Assembly: GCA_963924565.1 (NCBI GenBank)
Contig: OZ004615.1
Coordinates: forward strand, 19,592,001-19,656,000
Source of the DNA: Ascidiella aspersa
Lineage: Eukaryota
Length of the DNA stretch: 64,000 nucleotides
Reading direction: 5' to 3'
Positions 1-14,243 of the stretch are shown here, piece by piece; within the stretch, counting starts at the first letter, position 1; the number at the start of each line of letters is the position of its first letter. The notes below the pieces were generated by a model. It saw nothing but the letters and a program-made list of their open reading frames with translations, did no database searches and was not told the origin of the DNA. A program made the translations under genes and the position numbers.

Positions 1-1060
1 TATTGAGACGCTCGTGAATAATGCTGCCACTGATCATGACAAAAGTCCATGTTTGTTTAAACGTTAGGCTATATACTGTTACAAACACTTTTTTCATAAA
101 AAAAACAAGTCAAATTAGGGAGCTTTCGACTATCAAGAAATAATTTGCACATAAAAACAAATGTTTGATCAGCTACGGAAATTATCCGATCACCATAGAA
201 AGTTGTGAAACAACTGTTTAAAACAAATCCGAAAAAGTTGTCTTAACGAACGAAATAGCGCACAAGGCCAGGTTTTGCTATCGCATACGCTTTGTCGGAA
301 TATTTCCAAACAGTGTACCGATTAGAAAGCTCCATATCACGGCGGTTAAATTACACAGATCCTGCATATCAACCGTTTGTGTTGTTACATAGTAAAAAAG
401 CGAATTTAGTAACGTATTTCAGATATGACGTTGGTGCAAAATTTGCGGGTGTAAGTATCAAACTTCAAAAGGAATAGACACAGCAAGAGAGAACCGTGTC
501 AATGGCAAGTTGGTAGTGGCAACTGTCAGCTTGCCCGTGGCAGTTGCACTTGTGGCACTTGGACGACGAAGTGTTGCCACCATGGCGGTAAGGCTTGTTG
601 TGTTTCGACCAAATCAAGTAACACGAATAGGAGCTGGCTTGACAAGCTCGCGGCAATGCAACTTGTCCGTCGCCTGCACAAGTTTGACACACGGTCATGG
701 TGCATCAATCAAACGCCAAAAAAACACAGACTTGTTCGGGCTTTGCCGCAGACCACGAGACGAGCGAACGACAAAGCCAACAAAAAAGTACTTTCGAAGC
801 GCGACGATTTCCAGCGGCGCTTCGAAGATAGATTGTGGATATCCAGGAAGCGGCCCGTGGCTAGTTGACGGCGCAGCAGCGACTTTTGCACGTTCGCTTT
901 TGACCTCGCGCACCTCAATTCGTGACGTGTGCAGAGCCACGCGGACGGAGAACGGCGTCGCGACTTTTCCAACTTGAATGCGGAGGGAGACAAGCCGTTA
1001 TACAGCCCAAAAAGTTGGCAGATGTAGGGAGGGGTGTCAGTTAAGTCTCCCCGAAACCGT

Positions 1061-1400
1061 CAGTGTTGTAATGGCGCGAGTCAATGACTCAACTCGAGCA
1101 CACTTGATCACAGTTTCAAGTGACTTGAATGTGACTTCCACCGTTCCTTCAGGAAGCTTACTTGGATTGGTTACTTTTGGGCAAAATAAATTGAATTGAC
1201 TTTAAGCATGTTGAAAATTTGTGTTTTTATCCGTGTTGTAATGGCGTGAGTCAATTACTCAACTCGAGCGCACTTAATCCCAGTTTTAAGCGACTAGAAT
1301 TTGACTTAGGTCCCTTGCGGCAAACTCATTTGGCTTGGCTTGAAATTTTGGACAAAATGAAGTGACTTGACTTAAGCATGTTGGAAAATTGCGTTTTTAT
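1061..1400 (+). repeat. Two tandem decayed left ends of the GACTT family (about 170-bp unit)
   Basis: 1061-1230 and 1231-1400 align: C(A/C)GTGTTGTAATGGCG..GAGTCAAT.ACTCAACTCGAGC...TTAAGCATGTTG. Confidence 0.8.
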
Positions 1401-4400
1401 AAAAATTTTTACCAGTTTTCTTGGAATGTATTGTGTTGTGGTTGCTTGCCCATCGAAGAAGTGTCTCGGAAAAGTTTACCATATTAATTGGTCTTTTCGA
1501 ACTTGGAAGGTCGACCAGGCAATCGCAATGCACCCATACCTATAGCGGAGTATAGGAATGAAACTTAACACAAGCCATTCCGGTAAGACGCTCGACAGGG
1601 CTTCGATGATAAGCTAGGGCGTCCCTGAGCAAAAACACAAAACAATAGAGAAGCATTGGGGTGAGTTCGTAGCCGAGCGACGTGCACAAAAATACTACGA
1701 AGGGTGCAGACTCGTACGTGACAAATTCACGAGCGGAAGAGATCATTATGTATGCTGGAACGGCTACATTTGAACTTGGTTGTTTCCAGTGATGAACTGC
1801 AACTATATACAGTTGGCGCCCAAAACTCAACCGTCAAAAAACGCGGAAAGCCCGCCTGTTTTGATGTAATTCCCTTTGCGCGCGACGCACGGGTAGGCGA
1901 CGATAGATTTGGCACGTTATTCGTGATAAAGTGTAAAAATGACAGGGAGGTAAAAGTAATAAATACCAGACAGAGGAAATATATGATCCGCGGGCCATAT
2001 AAGGCAAAAACGAAGTTTTCGGTATTTTTGCGTGATTTAAATTGTTTTATTGGATAAATAACACTTTTAGGAGGAACCTCATTTTTTTCCTACTCTTTCC
2101 ATGTTGTCAAACGAATTTGCTCTTTAAGGCTTTCTATGAAAACAAACCACTTTTTGGTGTGTTTATTTTAAGTAGTTTATCTAAGCCAGGCATCTGAGAA
2201 ATGTTCTTATTCACATGCCCCCCCTGTAAACAAAAATTCCTGGTTCCTACCTCCATTTTAAACTGTCTAATACATATTTCGAGACTCAGCCAGCCGAAAG
2301 AACGACGCCCTTATATAGTTATACTGTTGCATTGTTTCGCATTGGTGAGAATCTAATTTGTTGCCTATAACCGAAACCGAGTGATAAATTACTGACAAGT
2401 GCGCTGTGGCACCGTATAGTGCCGAACCTGCTCGACGGAAGCAGCACATAGACGCAACATCGTACCATTTAGTTCGGGTGTGACTTTGCGAAAAAACTAA
2501 CAAGCGAAAAATAAGCGGGAACGCCGCAAGCCACATACGCTGTTGCGTTACGAGAGAAAAATCAAAGGCCATAACGTTGGTAGAAAGAAAGTTGGTAGAA
2601 TCTCGCTAGCGTTCCAATAAATCTTTCGCATACCAGGTAAAGTTCTGATGATTATTATATGAAATGTTATCTCAAAGTGCTTTTTAGAGTCCTGAACACA
2701 ACTTATCGTCGACTTAAGCTAGCGGCGTTCGTTTTCAGACAAATGACCATATTTTTGGTATTTTTTTGGCCACCTGAAAACCGCCGGGCGACAATCGTTT
2801 TTTTAAATCTCGTCACCATTTTTGTATTATTTGAACCCAACCATCATAAACGATGTTAATTTATAGGTATGACCTTATTGGCTTCGAGACTTCTTTTAAT
2901 CAACTTTAATCGCTGTAAGTATCATGAGTTTATTCAATGATTTAACTTTTGTCCATTATATTTGATGTAGTTAAATCAAAACAAAGAAGCCTGAATAGCG
3001 ATTTTCAGTGCTTTCAGCCTTGAAAAAAAAACACTAACTTCTGTGCCCACAATATAACACCGCCCTTGCTGTGTTTTTTTGACGCAAACAAATTCATGTC
3101 TATAGGCGGGCATCGCATACAAGACCACGCGGGGCTGCCATGCATGGGGGAAACGCGGTAACAACGTGGCCGCATACGGCCAGGGCCCCTGTTCGCGAGT
3201 AAACAGGCGCCAAACACACACGTCCCGTGTCGGTGACGCGCAACACATCCCGTCAACGACAGCAGCAGCTGGTCGCGCCCGAAATTCCGACAATGTGACG
3301 AGAAAGCGGTTGCGCACTTGGCTCTCTAGGCAGCACCCCGAGCGCCAACAGTTAGCGCTAATTCGGGTGGACGCGCCGCCGCTTTTGAGGAAGTGTTGTC
3401 GGTCGCATCGTTCGTCAACGCGCTTCGGGCGAAATCGGCGGGCCAGCGAGCGTCGATTTCCCGCCGGCGCGCCATCGCGGGACTTAAACTCCAGCTTGCT
3501 AAACTGCTATACAGGATAAGGAAGCGAGCGATTGGCGCTTCGGGGTTCGGCGCGCCTCACTTTTTCGCGCAAATTCGCGCGATTTAGGGGCCGACGCGTC
3601 CTGTGTAACTGCTGTATAACGCAACAGCAACCGGTGCGTGTTGGATCTGTTTGGCAACGGGGAAAATAAGGGCTTCGAACAATCTACTTTTCGAATTAAG
3701 TCTATTCAAATCGCTCAGTCTTCTTTTGATTTAAACCAGTCACTGGAAATTTTCTTTTGTCAATTTTTGCTTAACTTCATGCTCAGTGAAGTTTGAAGGG
3801 ATTCGTGGCGATCTAGTATGCTTAAAGAATTGATTCTGAAGATTTCATTTTCTTTCCGAAGGCACCCAAAGTGAGGTGTTACAAGTGCTAACTTATTATC
3901 TTTCATCAGTACGACTTCGGAAGGGCAAGATCGCAAATAATATTCAGTTAATCATAAAACAGTTATGGTCATTTAAAATCTCGGGCGATAAAAAGTGCAA
4001 GCAGACAAATATTTTTGTAGATAAACTATGGCAATTTGCACCAACGACAAAGCATGTAGGAAAAAAGTTTCTCGTGGCAATATTCGAGCACGGTATAGAA
4101 CCCAAAGGCACCCGTACAGACATTTCGGCAAACACGTAATTGGGTCAAGGACATTCACCGCAAAAGCGGAGGTGAAACGCGCGTTTATTACGCTGTGTCC
4201 TATCTTGATGTCGGGCTCAAACAAACGCTTGTATGCGCCTGGTTGGTTTACAGCGGTATTTTTTCATTCTTCGCGTTGCTCGAAGCCTGATGCTCCACCG
4301 TTTATGCCTTGAAAGAAGAAACCACGTGTATGTACTTTGGGGATGACGCTGCAAAAATAAGCACACAAACCGCCGCTTCAATTGTATAACCGGCCTCGTA

Positions 4401-7400
4401 TACAGCAGTTCATTCGCCCATTTTTGCTCAGTTACGTACAATTATTTACCCAGGGACTATCTCTAAAACACCTTAAATAAACTTTTTCCCATTATGTTCA
4501 AGTTTATGGGGTAATACGCTTTAAAACTCACGTGTCCAAAATGCTCAATGTTAATTGACTCTAAAACACTGTAAAAAAAACTTTTTTTGTGAGCCTAATG
4601 TGGACAAAACACGAACAAGGAAATAGTTTTATCAAATCGAAATGAGTTTATATGAGCCATGTTTTAGTTTTGCTTGCGCCGTTTTCTTAAATAGAAAGAC
4701 ATCTTGCCTAAAACGGGATCCCAGTAAATCTAACCGTGTGAGCTGCGGCAGTCAGCGAGCCAACCTAATCCAACGGCGATCCAATTTTGGGTCGAGGCTC
4801 ATAGGTTGAAAAAAACTATAGAGTGAGGTTCACCGAAAACGTTTTCTTTTTTACAGCTTTACGTGTGAAGATTGAACGCCTTATGTGACAAACTGCTGCC
4901 AATTTAGTGCAGCCGGATGCGATCGTTCGTATGGGATATTTTCGCTATACGAATAAACGGAATGTTAAACGCTTGACATTGATCACCGCTCGTTTTTTTA
5001 GGCGTACCTTTTGTTACACAAAAACACACACACACATAAAAACAACTTCCAAACGTAGTTTTAACGTGCGCGGTAAGCACGGTTTATCTGGTACTTTCAA
5101 AACTGGCCATTGTGGAAAGGAGCAACGTTACGGAAAGTACGTGAAGACGCACATGGGATTCCGCTCGACTTAATGTTGCGTCAATCGGCGGCGCCTGCGT
5201 TCGTCGGCTCGAGATTAAATCGCGCGTAGGTGGCTTGTTTGGGATTATGCGGGCCAGCGATTTCGCCTGCCGATGGTTGCGTATTGGCAAGCGGTGCGGT
5301 TAAGCCCAATACGCAATTTTCCTAATTTTGGGGAGAGGGGAGTAGCTCCCTGTTTGTTTACGCTAAGCAGCCGGTTTCGTTTGCCGTTTTATACCGCATT
5401 CGCCAAAAAAATAGCTGCTATGAAGACGCTGCGTAAAACCGTAAAGTGGAAAAACATACAAAAAGATAAATCTGTTTCTGTTCGTGATTTCTTACGGTCC
5501 GACCGAGAAAAAACGCGTATGAGGGTTCATCCAACTGATCAAAAAAGGCGCTAAAATTGACAACAACACAAAAACGTTTAAAGGGGCTGCTTCAAGAGCT
5601 ACAAGTGTGTATACATTGGGCAATTGCGGTACATCCATTGTTGTTGAATCTATCACTTTGTTTTTCGGGGCGGTTGGTTTTAAAAAATAAAGCAAAGAAG
5701 ATCTGCTTACAAAGTCGATTCGTTTCTATTCGTTGTTTTGATTACTCGCAATATGGTTGATGCATTGCGCAGGGTTAAACACAAAATCAAAGTTCAAAGT
5801 TGCGTGTGGCGAATACCCTTGCGTGTGGACACATCTCACAGTTCTCCATGTCACACACTTTTTTTCGTATCTCACACTTTTTCAGCAAAAGGTTGCTATA
5901 AATTTTCGTTGTCGGCACGATGCAAAAAACGGCCGGGCGTCGTTCAGATTGCACAGTAACTGCGCAAGTCGCCTACACATATCGCTTTCGCTTTTTGCCG
6001 CATCTCCCCAAAGTTCATTTTCAGGGATTTTGGCCGTCTCACCTGCGGGTTCGATTTCCCTCCTAAAATTCGGAAAAACTAGACCACACACACGCACCTG
6101 AATGCGGCGTGGTCGGCGACCCGGCCAAATTGCCCGTCCTAAAACGCAATAGGGGAAAAAAGTCCATTCTGCGGCGCCGGGACCTTTTAGAAAGCGGGCA
6201 AAGGGAACGCGAAAATCTATAGCAAAGCGCCTGTTGCCAATGCCAAGACAAATGGTCGAACCGGTTTGCGTCTTTACGGTGCACATTGTCGGTGGAAATA
6301 ATTCGTTTGTAGGGCGAAAACGAAAAAGGCCTTCAAATGATTTAGAGCCGTTGTGTTAAGACTTAGGTGCACTGTACGTTTTTTTAACCAATGTCGGCGC
6401 GTTTTAAATCGTTTTTATTGGTGTTTTAGGGTCAGATCACATAGAAACGCCGCTTTAACGTCGCTGGACAACGGGGTGCTTCCAAATCGCTAAAACAAGT
6501 TTTTTCACGATTTTTCGGTTCATTTCAAACGCACCGGTTGCCGTAAAAAAATCACTCAGAAACTAACATTAGGTTTCGTTGACCGAAAGGCGCCCCGGGT
6601 TAAGTAACTTACAGGCACGGTTCAAAGGCAGCCATATACGCAATGCTCTTCGGTGGCCGGAAATATTCCACATCAGCTAGCGCGCGTGACCACCGAAAAA
6701 AAAACGCGCCCAGTGTTTTCTTTGGCCCGCTGTGGCAACGCGAGCGTCGCGTGTCGGCGATCTCGTCGGTCGCCCTTGCCGGAGCGATTATTCACGGGGA
6801 GCGCGCGCACGCGCACAATGACGCGGTGGCGTGTGTGTGTGCGGGATCGGCGCAAAAAGAAATCGCATAACAGCTTCGGCGAAATGGGGCCACTCCCGGC
6901 ATAGGATGGGTAAGTGGATCGCAATGTCATGACAAAGCCACGCTGAACTCCAGTACTGCAATGGATAGATACCAGGGAAAGCATTATACCCTCTAAAGAA
7001 GGGCAAATATCCTGTAAATTTTCGTCAGGCGTGTTGTGCAATGTTGGCTATCGTCGCCGTATAGTGTTTGGTTTGACGTCAAAAAAAGCGCGCAAGGCAA
7101 CACAGCGTCGCAGTTAAGGCGGCGGCTGCGAAGAGCACACACGGCCCAGAAAACCGCAGCCGGCTGGCCCGTCCGCATCGTGTGAGCGCAAAAGGCACGA
7201 CGGCGCGCGCCGCATACATCGAAAAACGCACTATAGCCCCGCCAATGATATATAGGTTGGCCGAGGACAGCGGCGCAGGACGAAGCCCGGCCAGCCGGTC
7301 ACGTACCAGACGAAAGGAAAAAGGCAAAGCGGCGGTCTCGGACTTTGCAGCGACCCCTCGCTGAGCGCGCTATCCGACTGGAGACCGCTGCTGCTGCCGC

Positions 7401-7472
7401 CGACGCCCGTCCGCGGTTTGTCCGGGTGGGAACGCGTCAACTAAAGGAGGGAATAGGGGAGGTTTTCGCCCC

Positions 7473-7680
7473 TTTGCGCTTCCCAAAGATTCAAGAATTA
7501 ATTTTAGTGCTTCTTTGCAAACTTTGAAAAAGCATAAAAGAATAACACAATGGCAAAATAACAGAAAAGGGGAAACAAGGGAGATTTGCGTTCCCAAACA
7601 TTCAAGAATTTATTTTTGTGATTTTTTGCAAACATTGAAAAAAAAAGAGCATAACAAATAACACAAGAACAGCGAAAAGG
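7473..7680. repeat. Diverged tandem duplication, about 110-bp unit
   Basis: TTTGCG..TTCCCAAA.ATTCAAGAATT...TTTGCAAAC.TTGAAAA...AATAACACAA occurs twice. Confidence 0.75.
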
Positions 7681-8009
7681 ACCTTTACGGTCATCGAGCT
7701 GAGCTGCCCAAAGGTCCGCATTTTGTATCGACTTAGTTTAGAATCGGCACACAGCGCTTGTTAATCCTGTTCGTCCTTGGTCGGCAAACAAACCGCTCGG
7801 CAGGCTCGGATGGGAGATTGCGTTTTGTTTCACTGCTCTCGCATTCGGCTTCGATACCGCTCCCTGTCGGCCACGTATTGTTTTGTCTGGCCGCGGCGGC
7901 CTGACCTCGCCGATCGACATGTTCGCATATAAGCCCGGCCCGCAAGGCCGTTCCCCGCGGCTGGCCGGCCCCCTTTTCTAGGCCGTTTTTGCACTGTGCT
8001 ACCGGATTA

Positions 8010-8503
8010 AGGGAGTACAACTAGATAATTCTAGTTTTCTAATTCAACGAATTAGAGCAAAACGCGGCTAATTCTAATTCTAATCTAATTTGCGAATTGC
8101 TGGTGCGCTCTAATTCTAGGACTTTATTCGGAATTTAACAAAAAATTTTAGTTTGTCCAAGGGCATTTTTAGTATCTTAGTCGAAAAAGGGAATTTGAAT
8201 TAAAACTTTTGGTCAGAACGACATGTATGCACTTTTTATAGTCTTAAAAGCATAAGCTATGATGAAAGGCATAAAGTTAGAAGAGGAATATTTACCATTC
8301 ACATTATTATTAGAATAATTTGCGATTTAAATGAAATTGATTGTGAATAGTTAAATGTAATTCTAGTTCCAATTCGAGTTGAAAGTTCTTTTTTATAAGA
8401 GTTCGGTAATTCTAATTCTAATCTAATTTAAGAAAACTGAAATGATCTAATTTTAATTCTGATCTAATTTTAATAAGCTAAAATAAATCTAGTTGTCCAA
8501 TGC
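8010..8503. mobile_element. CTAATT-rich MITE-like element
   Basis: Inverted ends ACAACTAGAT / ATCTAGTTGT and many TCTAAT motifs. Homologous halves occur at 48702-48847 and 50453-50672. Confidence 0.7.
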
Positions 8504-8719
8504 GAAGTGGTCTTTGCGGCTCGAGTGAAACGCTCGCAATTCGCGGCCGAGAAAACATTGCTTGGTGATTATTTTCGCGTACCACTTGGCATTCGACCGC
8601 CGCTGCGTACCACCTGGTTTAAAATAAAGCATTTTGTTTAAGTTCACATGGATTTATCGAACCAAGAAAAATAAACAATCGCGTTCCACCTTTTATAAGT
8701 GGTGCTTTGGTTTATTTCA

Positions 8720-8781
8720 GTCACATCAACTGAAGATGATACAAGTTCGTATCGAAACGTCTTAATCAAGATGATGTCGAC
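8720..8781 (+). ncRNA. Minimal hammerhead ribozyme (family A)
   Basis: GUCACAUCAA-CUGAAGA-U-GAUAC(AAGUUC)GUAUC-GAA-ACGU-C-UU...GAUGU-C-GAC: GUC triplet, palindromic ACGU stem III, bulged stem I. Confidence 0.75.
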
Positions 8782-11700
8782 CTACTCGACCTTTTTGGCT
8801 TTGCAATTCATTTTTAAGAAAAAAAACGGATTGAAAAAAACCTCGCTTTTGACACCAGGCGCATATTTTAGATTGCAGATCGGAGATGAGGAAACTTGTT
8901 CAATAAAAGAGTCACTATAGGAATGAATCTACGCACACCAGCGCGCCACAACATTAGTAGTTTTGATAAGAATTCGGTAAGCAAATGGTTTTATTGAGGA
9001 ATATCAGACGGTTAGATTACCTACTAAGTAAACTTTCCTTTTTCAGTTTGTAGGGTATAAATATTAGTTGTTTGAAAAGTTTTGTGGTCTGGTTTGATGG
9101 CGACGTTTCACATTATTGCTTTAGTTGTTAGCATTTTCGGGCAGATTAAAGGTTTATTTTCCAGATAAGTACATGTTCAATCTTCCTCCCATCCGGACTT
9201 TTCCCGCTGTTTCCATCTTTATAGTTTAGTTTCTTACTGATCGTTGATGCCATTTTTAGTTTGTGCAGTTATTTAGGCTGCCTAACGAAGGGTTTAGATT
9301 TATCGCTTGATAAAGAAACGTTAACTATACGTTATGAATTCTCCGTTGATAAAGTTTTGATGCGCTCTTGGGTATCAACTAGAAAGCTAAATTCGATCAG
9401 AATACGCTGTTTGAAGCCAATAAACTGCCAAGAAATCGTTTTGGCTTGATTCTTAGCGAGTTCACAGTGTGATGGCGGAAGAAAGGTCGGTAATGGGGCT
9501 ATGAACGACAACTAATTTTTTGTAGCAATCAAACACAAGATGGCATTCATTTGGAATAGGATTCATTCGAACGAGAGCATGCGTAAGTTACGGCAGCAAT
9601 GGTTGACAACATCTGGTTTGGCTGCATGGGCCTACAGGGTATCTCTGAGTAAAGCGGCATCACGTTTTCGGACGAAATTTCCTCGTCGTTTCCAGTCGCG
9701 TTTTTTTAGAAAGGGTCGTTTTTCATTTCCTGGCCTCTCACTGTAATTGAGACTTAGTTTCGTTTCTGTTTTACCGATCAGTCACTTGCGCAGACAGCTG
9801 CTGAGAACTGACAGTGACAGGGAATTGCCAGAAACGACACGAGCGTATTTCGCCTTGTTTTGCATTTAAGCGGTACACGGACTGACTATTTGGTGTTTTG
9901 TGTACCTCTGGCTTGTCACTGCAAAATTAGACAGGGTGCGATCATTTAGACGGGGATGATTGGACTGCGAAATATTAGAAAAATGTTCCTTTTCGACATT
10001 GTTTCACTCTAGATCAGTGGTTCTTAACCCGTTGAAGGCGGCAAAGCGTATAATGGCAACCGGGGTTAGAGGCGATTAGAACAACACACAGCTCCGAAAA
10101 CAAAGGCGAATACCCGTCGTCGAAAGGAAAAAGTTACGCAACCGCCCCCTGAAATATGCGCCGAGCAAACGCTCCACCTCATAGGCCGCCAGCAACGACG
10201 CGTGTGTGCGTGCACGCCGCCGCCATTATTTGACCTAACGGAGCCGCTGACCGCAAAGTCTGAGCAAACCTCGCCCGGTCTGCCGTTCGGGCCGCTTTGG
10301 GGGCGGGAGGGAGCCGGTGCGCAGTCATGCGTAGGGTTCACGGTCATATACGGGCAGGCGTCGACCAATCGCGAGCCCGGGTTCGGGAACGGACGACTGG
10401 TGACCAAGTTTGCAGCAGCAGCAGCAGCGGCGGCGGCTGTGAACGTTAACACGGCCTTGAGCAGTTGTATTTCACCTCTTTAAGCCTTCCATGGACCTCA
10501 ATTGCACCCCTTTTAAAAGTTTACCCTTGCAAACAGCATCAAAAACGCATTAACCAATTGCATTTAAATACGCTTGGAAGTTTTAAACAAATGTAGGAAT
10601 GGATTTAACTTTTCTTATTCAAAGTTTTGGATAGCACTTTTGTCAACATTATCCCTCTATAATTGTCAAATTGGCCCTCTGGTTGTATTTAACAACAGTT
10701 GAAAAACAAATGTCTTTTACGTTTTTCTCAGCCTTTGTACTCCCCCCATCCCTAATGCATGAAGGTGCCTAGATATGTTTTCAAATTTTTATTTTTTTTG
10801 TTTAATTTTGTTTTTGTTTAGACAATCCTTTGAATACAAATATTTTTCAGCGAAATAATATCAAGGTTGCAGTCCGTTTTGATTTTTCTCTGGGCTACCG
10901 TAAGCCGAAAATTGGGTACTACAGTGGGCTCGATAAATTTACACGAGGAGGAGGTAAATAAGTCTTCAGTTGCCACAATTACATCGGCGTGCATTTTGCT
11001 GGTCGTCGAATTTTTGAGACTTGGGGTTTCAAATCGCGTTAGATGTTAGGCACATCGAGTCGTTCGACCTTTCGTCAGAGAAAAAGTTTCGTGGCTGAAG
11101 CTACGTTTCTACTTAGGAAGGCGACTAGAATAAGCTGCCAAAACGTTGGTTACCAGTTACAATTGCCAAATAAGCTGTTGTTGATTAATACTATGCCTGG
11201 TGGCAACAGTTTATACAAAGCTATACGTGTACTGTTGGTACCGCAGCGCCCCTTAAACTTGGAGCAAGTTTTTACGCCCTGTTATCACGGCGAATCGATG
11301 TCAATTGGGTTAAAACGGCGCCTGAAAACAAACCGGACGTGAGCTTGAACATACCCAAGAGGTTCTTCGTTCGGCTCTTGTTTCACCTTATAAGAACTTT
11401 CCGGATATGCAAATCGAGCAACACGGCAAGTTAGATCTATGCATCTTGTTAGAAATCTGATTCTGCCGGTACGAAAGAAGCAAACTGTATAAGATGGGTT
11501 GTTCATCGTTTTGAGGCGCGAAATGGCGTGCTGAATAATAAGCTCGGATGTCTGGGGGATCGCTTGGCCGCGTGATGCAAGAAAACGCGACGTAAAGTTG
11601 TAACAAATATCCTTTTAGATCATTTTGTTTCCTCAGGTCAAGAGTTGCTTCATGTTGTAAAATCATGTTGCATTTACCATTTTTATTTTTTAAATCGATT

Positions 11701-13081
11701 ATCCAAGGTTGCAGCTGGTGAGGTGGAGATTGTACAATATTAGCTAAGTTAGATACACAACTACTATGTTAAATGCAAATAGGCTGCTTGTGCCTAACTG
11801 GGCGGACGAGCTTTCTCCCACTGCTCGACTGGGGGTAATCAACTACGGAGAAGTGTCATTTTTGGCGAATTTCGCTGAAAGCAACCCGACACCAAACGTT
11901 TTTTTTATTTCTGTAAATCAGTTTTGCAAAAACAGCACGTAGCTTTGCTGCAATAGCATTCGAACCTGTTTTGCACTAGGCCAATAAATTGAGAAAATTT
12001 ATATAAACATAAGAGTCTATTTAACACTTAGCGGCAGGCCGGGATGGGTAAAATTAGTTCATAACGTGTTTATGTTTGCTTTATTCAAACTTTTCGGCAA
12101 CTCAATACTTTATTATTTTATGTTAAACAACCAGCTGTGCCATCTTTTCCCCAATTTAGAATTTAACTCGTATTTTAAGAAAATGGCTAAGGAGAGGTAG
12201 GGGCTACGATCACGAATAGACAAAATAATCGCTGTGCGTTTTTTAATCCCTTTATTACAGTAGAAAAAAAAGACTTTCACATATTGTCGTAACCCTACTC
12301 GTGTTGCACCGATTTTTCAACGTTTGTGTGTGCGCTGTTGTTTCTTAGTTTTTTCGTTTGTACGGGTGCTTTCGTTTTCCTCTTTCTTTCTCACTGGCGT
12401 AAATTATGTCGCTTTTCCACTTTTGCACCTCACCTTTCACGCTTTATTTCTTATCTTTATCACGTTTTCCGTTGGCACCTAATAATTAGTTACATTTGAC
12501 ACACACACACACACACACCATTTTTCTCTATTTGGTGTAGTTGGCGTAAACGAAAACCAATATCGGCAGTCGTGTTTTGGGGATAGCTTGAAAATCTTTA
12601 TAGAAACCCTGGGAATTGGCGTTTCTGTCACCTTTTTAGGCGTTGGCCGCTTTTCGTTGTTTTAGTGTTTTATTATTTTACTTGTAGCTTATTTTAATAC
12701 AATTAAAATACACGCGTTGTGGCGCTTAGCAGCCGACAGGCCGTGAAGTAGCGTATTAGAATAGTTTAACGCAATACTTGGACTACGCCATTCACAATCG
12801 GACGGCGCATTCATGCAACGGCGATGTAACAATATGTAGATATGTTTGCGACGACGGGGCCGGAAGCAATTGACACAAAAGACGAATACGAGCTGTGTCA
12901 CGCGTCGTGCTGCTGTCTGGTGTCGCATAGTTCGCGGTAATCGACAATTGTCCCCCTGGCGAATATCCCATTGTTAATCGACGGGTATTGCACAACGTAC
13001 ATCTCTGATGGCTGGATGTGCACGTGGATAAAGCGGCGTCTAACTTGAAACTTGCATACACATGTTTTTCGACGTCTAATC

Positions 13082-13410
13082 CAGCGGTTCTCAACCAGCG
13101 GGCCATGGCTCACTGGTGGGTCATGGAAACTTTTTAGATGGGCCACAGACCAATTTAAAAGCCCTTGGTTTCCTTGAAGAATTTAGTTTCATTTGTGTCA
13201 CTGATCACTATACCTAATTTTTCAGGAATAATGGCTTGGGGAGGAATTGAGAAGGAATGTAAATGAAACAGAAATTTATTGATACATGCTCCGCTATTTT
13301 TTGTTCTAAACCTTGTTTATAGTCTGTTCTTTCATGAAAAAAAATATTGGGCCCCAGAATGTTTGTGCAACGAAAATGGGACACGAAAGAAGAAAGGTTG
13401 AGAACCACTG
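13082..13410. mobile_element. hAT (Buster/Charlie-like) MITE
   Basis: TIRs CAGCGGTTCTCAACC / GGTTGAGAACCACTG; perfect 8-bp TSD GTCTAATC. Confidence 0.92.
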
Positions 13411-14179
13411 GTCTAATCTAATCATTTTAAAATCGCATTGACCAAGGCACCCTTCATGAAGTAAAGAGGTAATTTCGGTTGAAAACTCAAATAAGCACAA
13501 TATTTCGCTTATTGCACAAGACAACTAGAAGTATCGACTGGAATTGTTTAAATGTACCTATAGGTAGCAACCTTAATCGAAATGTTGGCTCGGCGCTTCG
13601 TTTTTTACTGCCCTCAGCCCGCCAGAGCGAGTTCCCAAGCCATGACTGATGTTGCAAGTGAGGAAATCGGTTGAGGAAATTCCGCTGAATCGTGGCCCAC
13701 TACGGTATTGGTCGAAACGGTGCCGGCGGGTGTGGGTGGCTGTTGGCTGTTGCTTGCGACCGCGGTTTTTGTTTTTTGTTCAAGGCGGTTCTATTTTTGA
13801 CACCTCAAATGATGTTATTTATGCTTGAACTAAAGGAATACTCCCATATGTGATGACATGTTTCGCTTTTAAAACGTTGTCGAAACTCTTCTAAAAAATT
13901 AAATGGCAAAACCATCGACATGACCTCGATTAATGCAGTTTCAAATCTGAGTAGAAGATTAAGAGTAATCATTAAAGACATTACCCAGAAAACTTATTGG
14001 GACAAGCTTTTTCATATATGTTTTTGCACGACGTTGATGCTAAAAAATGCGATCATTTACTTAAAACGATAGCATAAAACAGAACTTCTAAACTGGAGCA
14101 CCGAGGTTAGCATTCGGGCTATTGAGTGTTGAAACGTGTAGTACATGTCCTTATTAAAAGCTGACAAACAGCAATTAGG

Positions 14180-14243
14180 CACGTGTACTGATGATGATGC
14201 AAGTACGTATCGCAACGTTTTCATCAAGATGATATCAAGCTAC
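14180..14243 (+). repeat. Decayed family A hammerhead repeat
   Basis: CTGATGATGATGCAAGTACGTATCGCAACGTTTTCATCAAGATGAT aligns to 8730-8775; GAAA has become GCAA. Confidence 0.6.

Noticed and set aside
695-972. Possible phase-1 exon on the - strand containing VKSE
   Set aside because: Weak AAG acceptor, no clear donor, no zinc finger.
2645-2672. CTGATGA...GAAA hammerhead-like text
   Set aside because: No stem II or stem I pairing.
6613-6673. ATG to GTAAGT donor in phase 1 on the - strand
   Set aside because: Only 20 codons with ATGs in two frames, so chance is likely.
10412-10438. (GCA)n/(GCG)n run as a coding polyalanine tract
   Set aside because: No splice or homology support; simple microsatellite, like the (CA)n near 12500.
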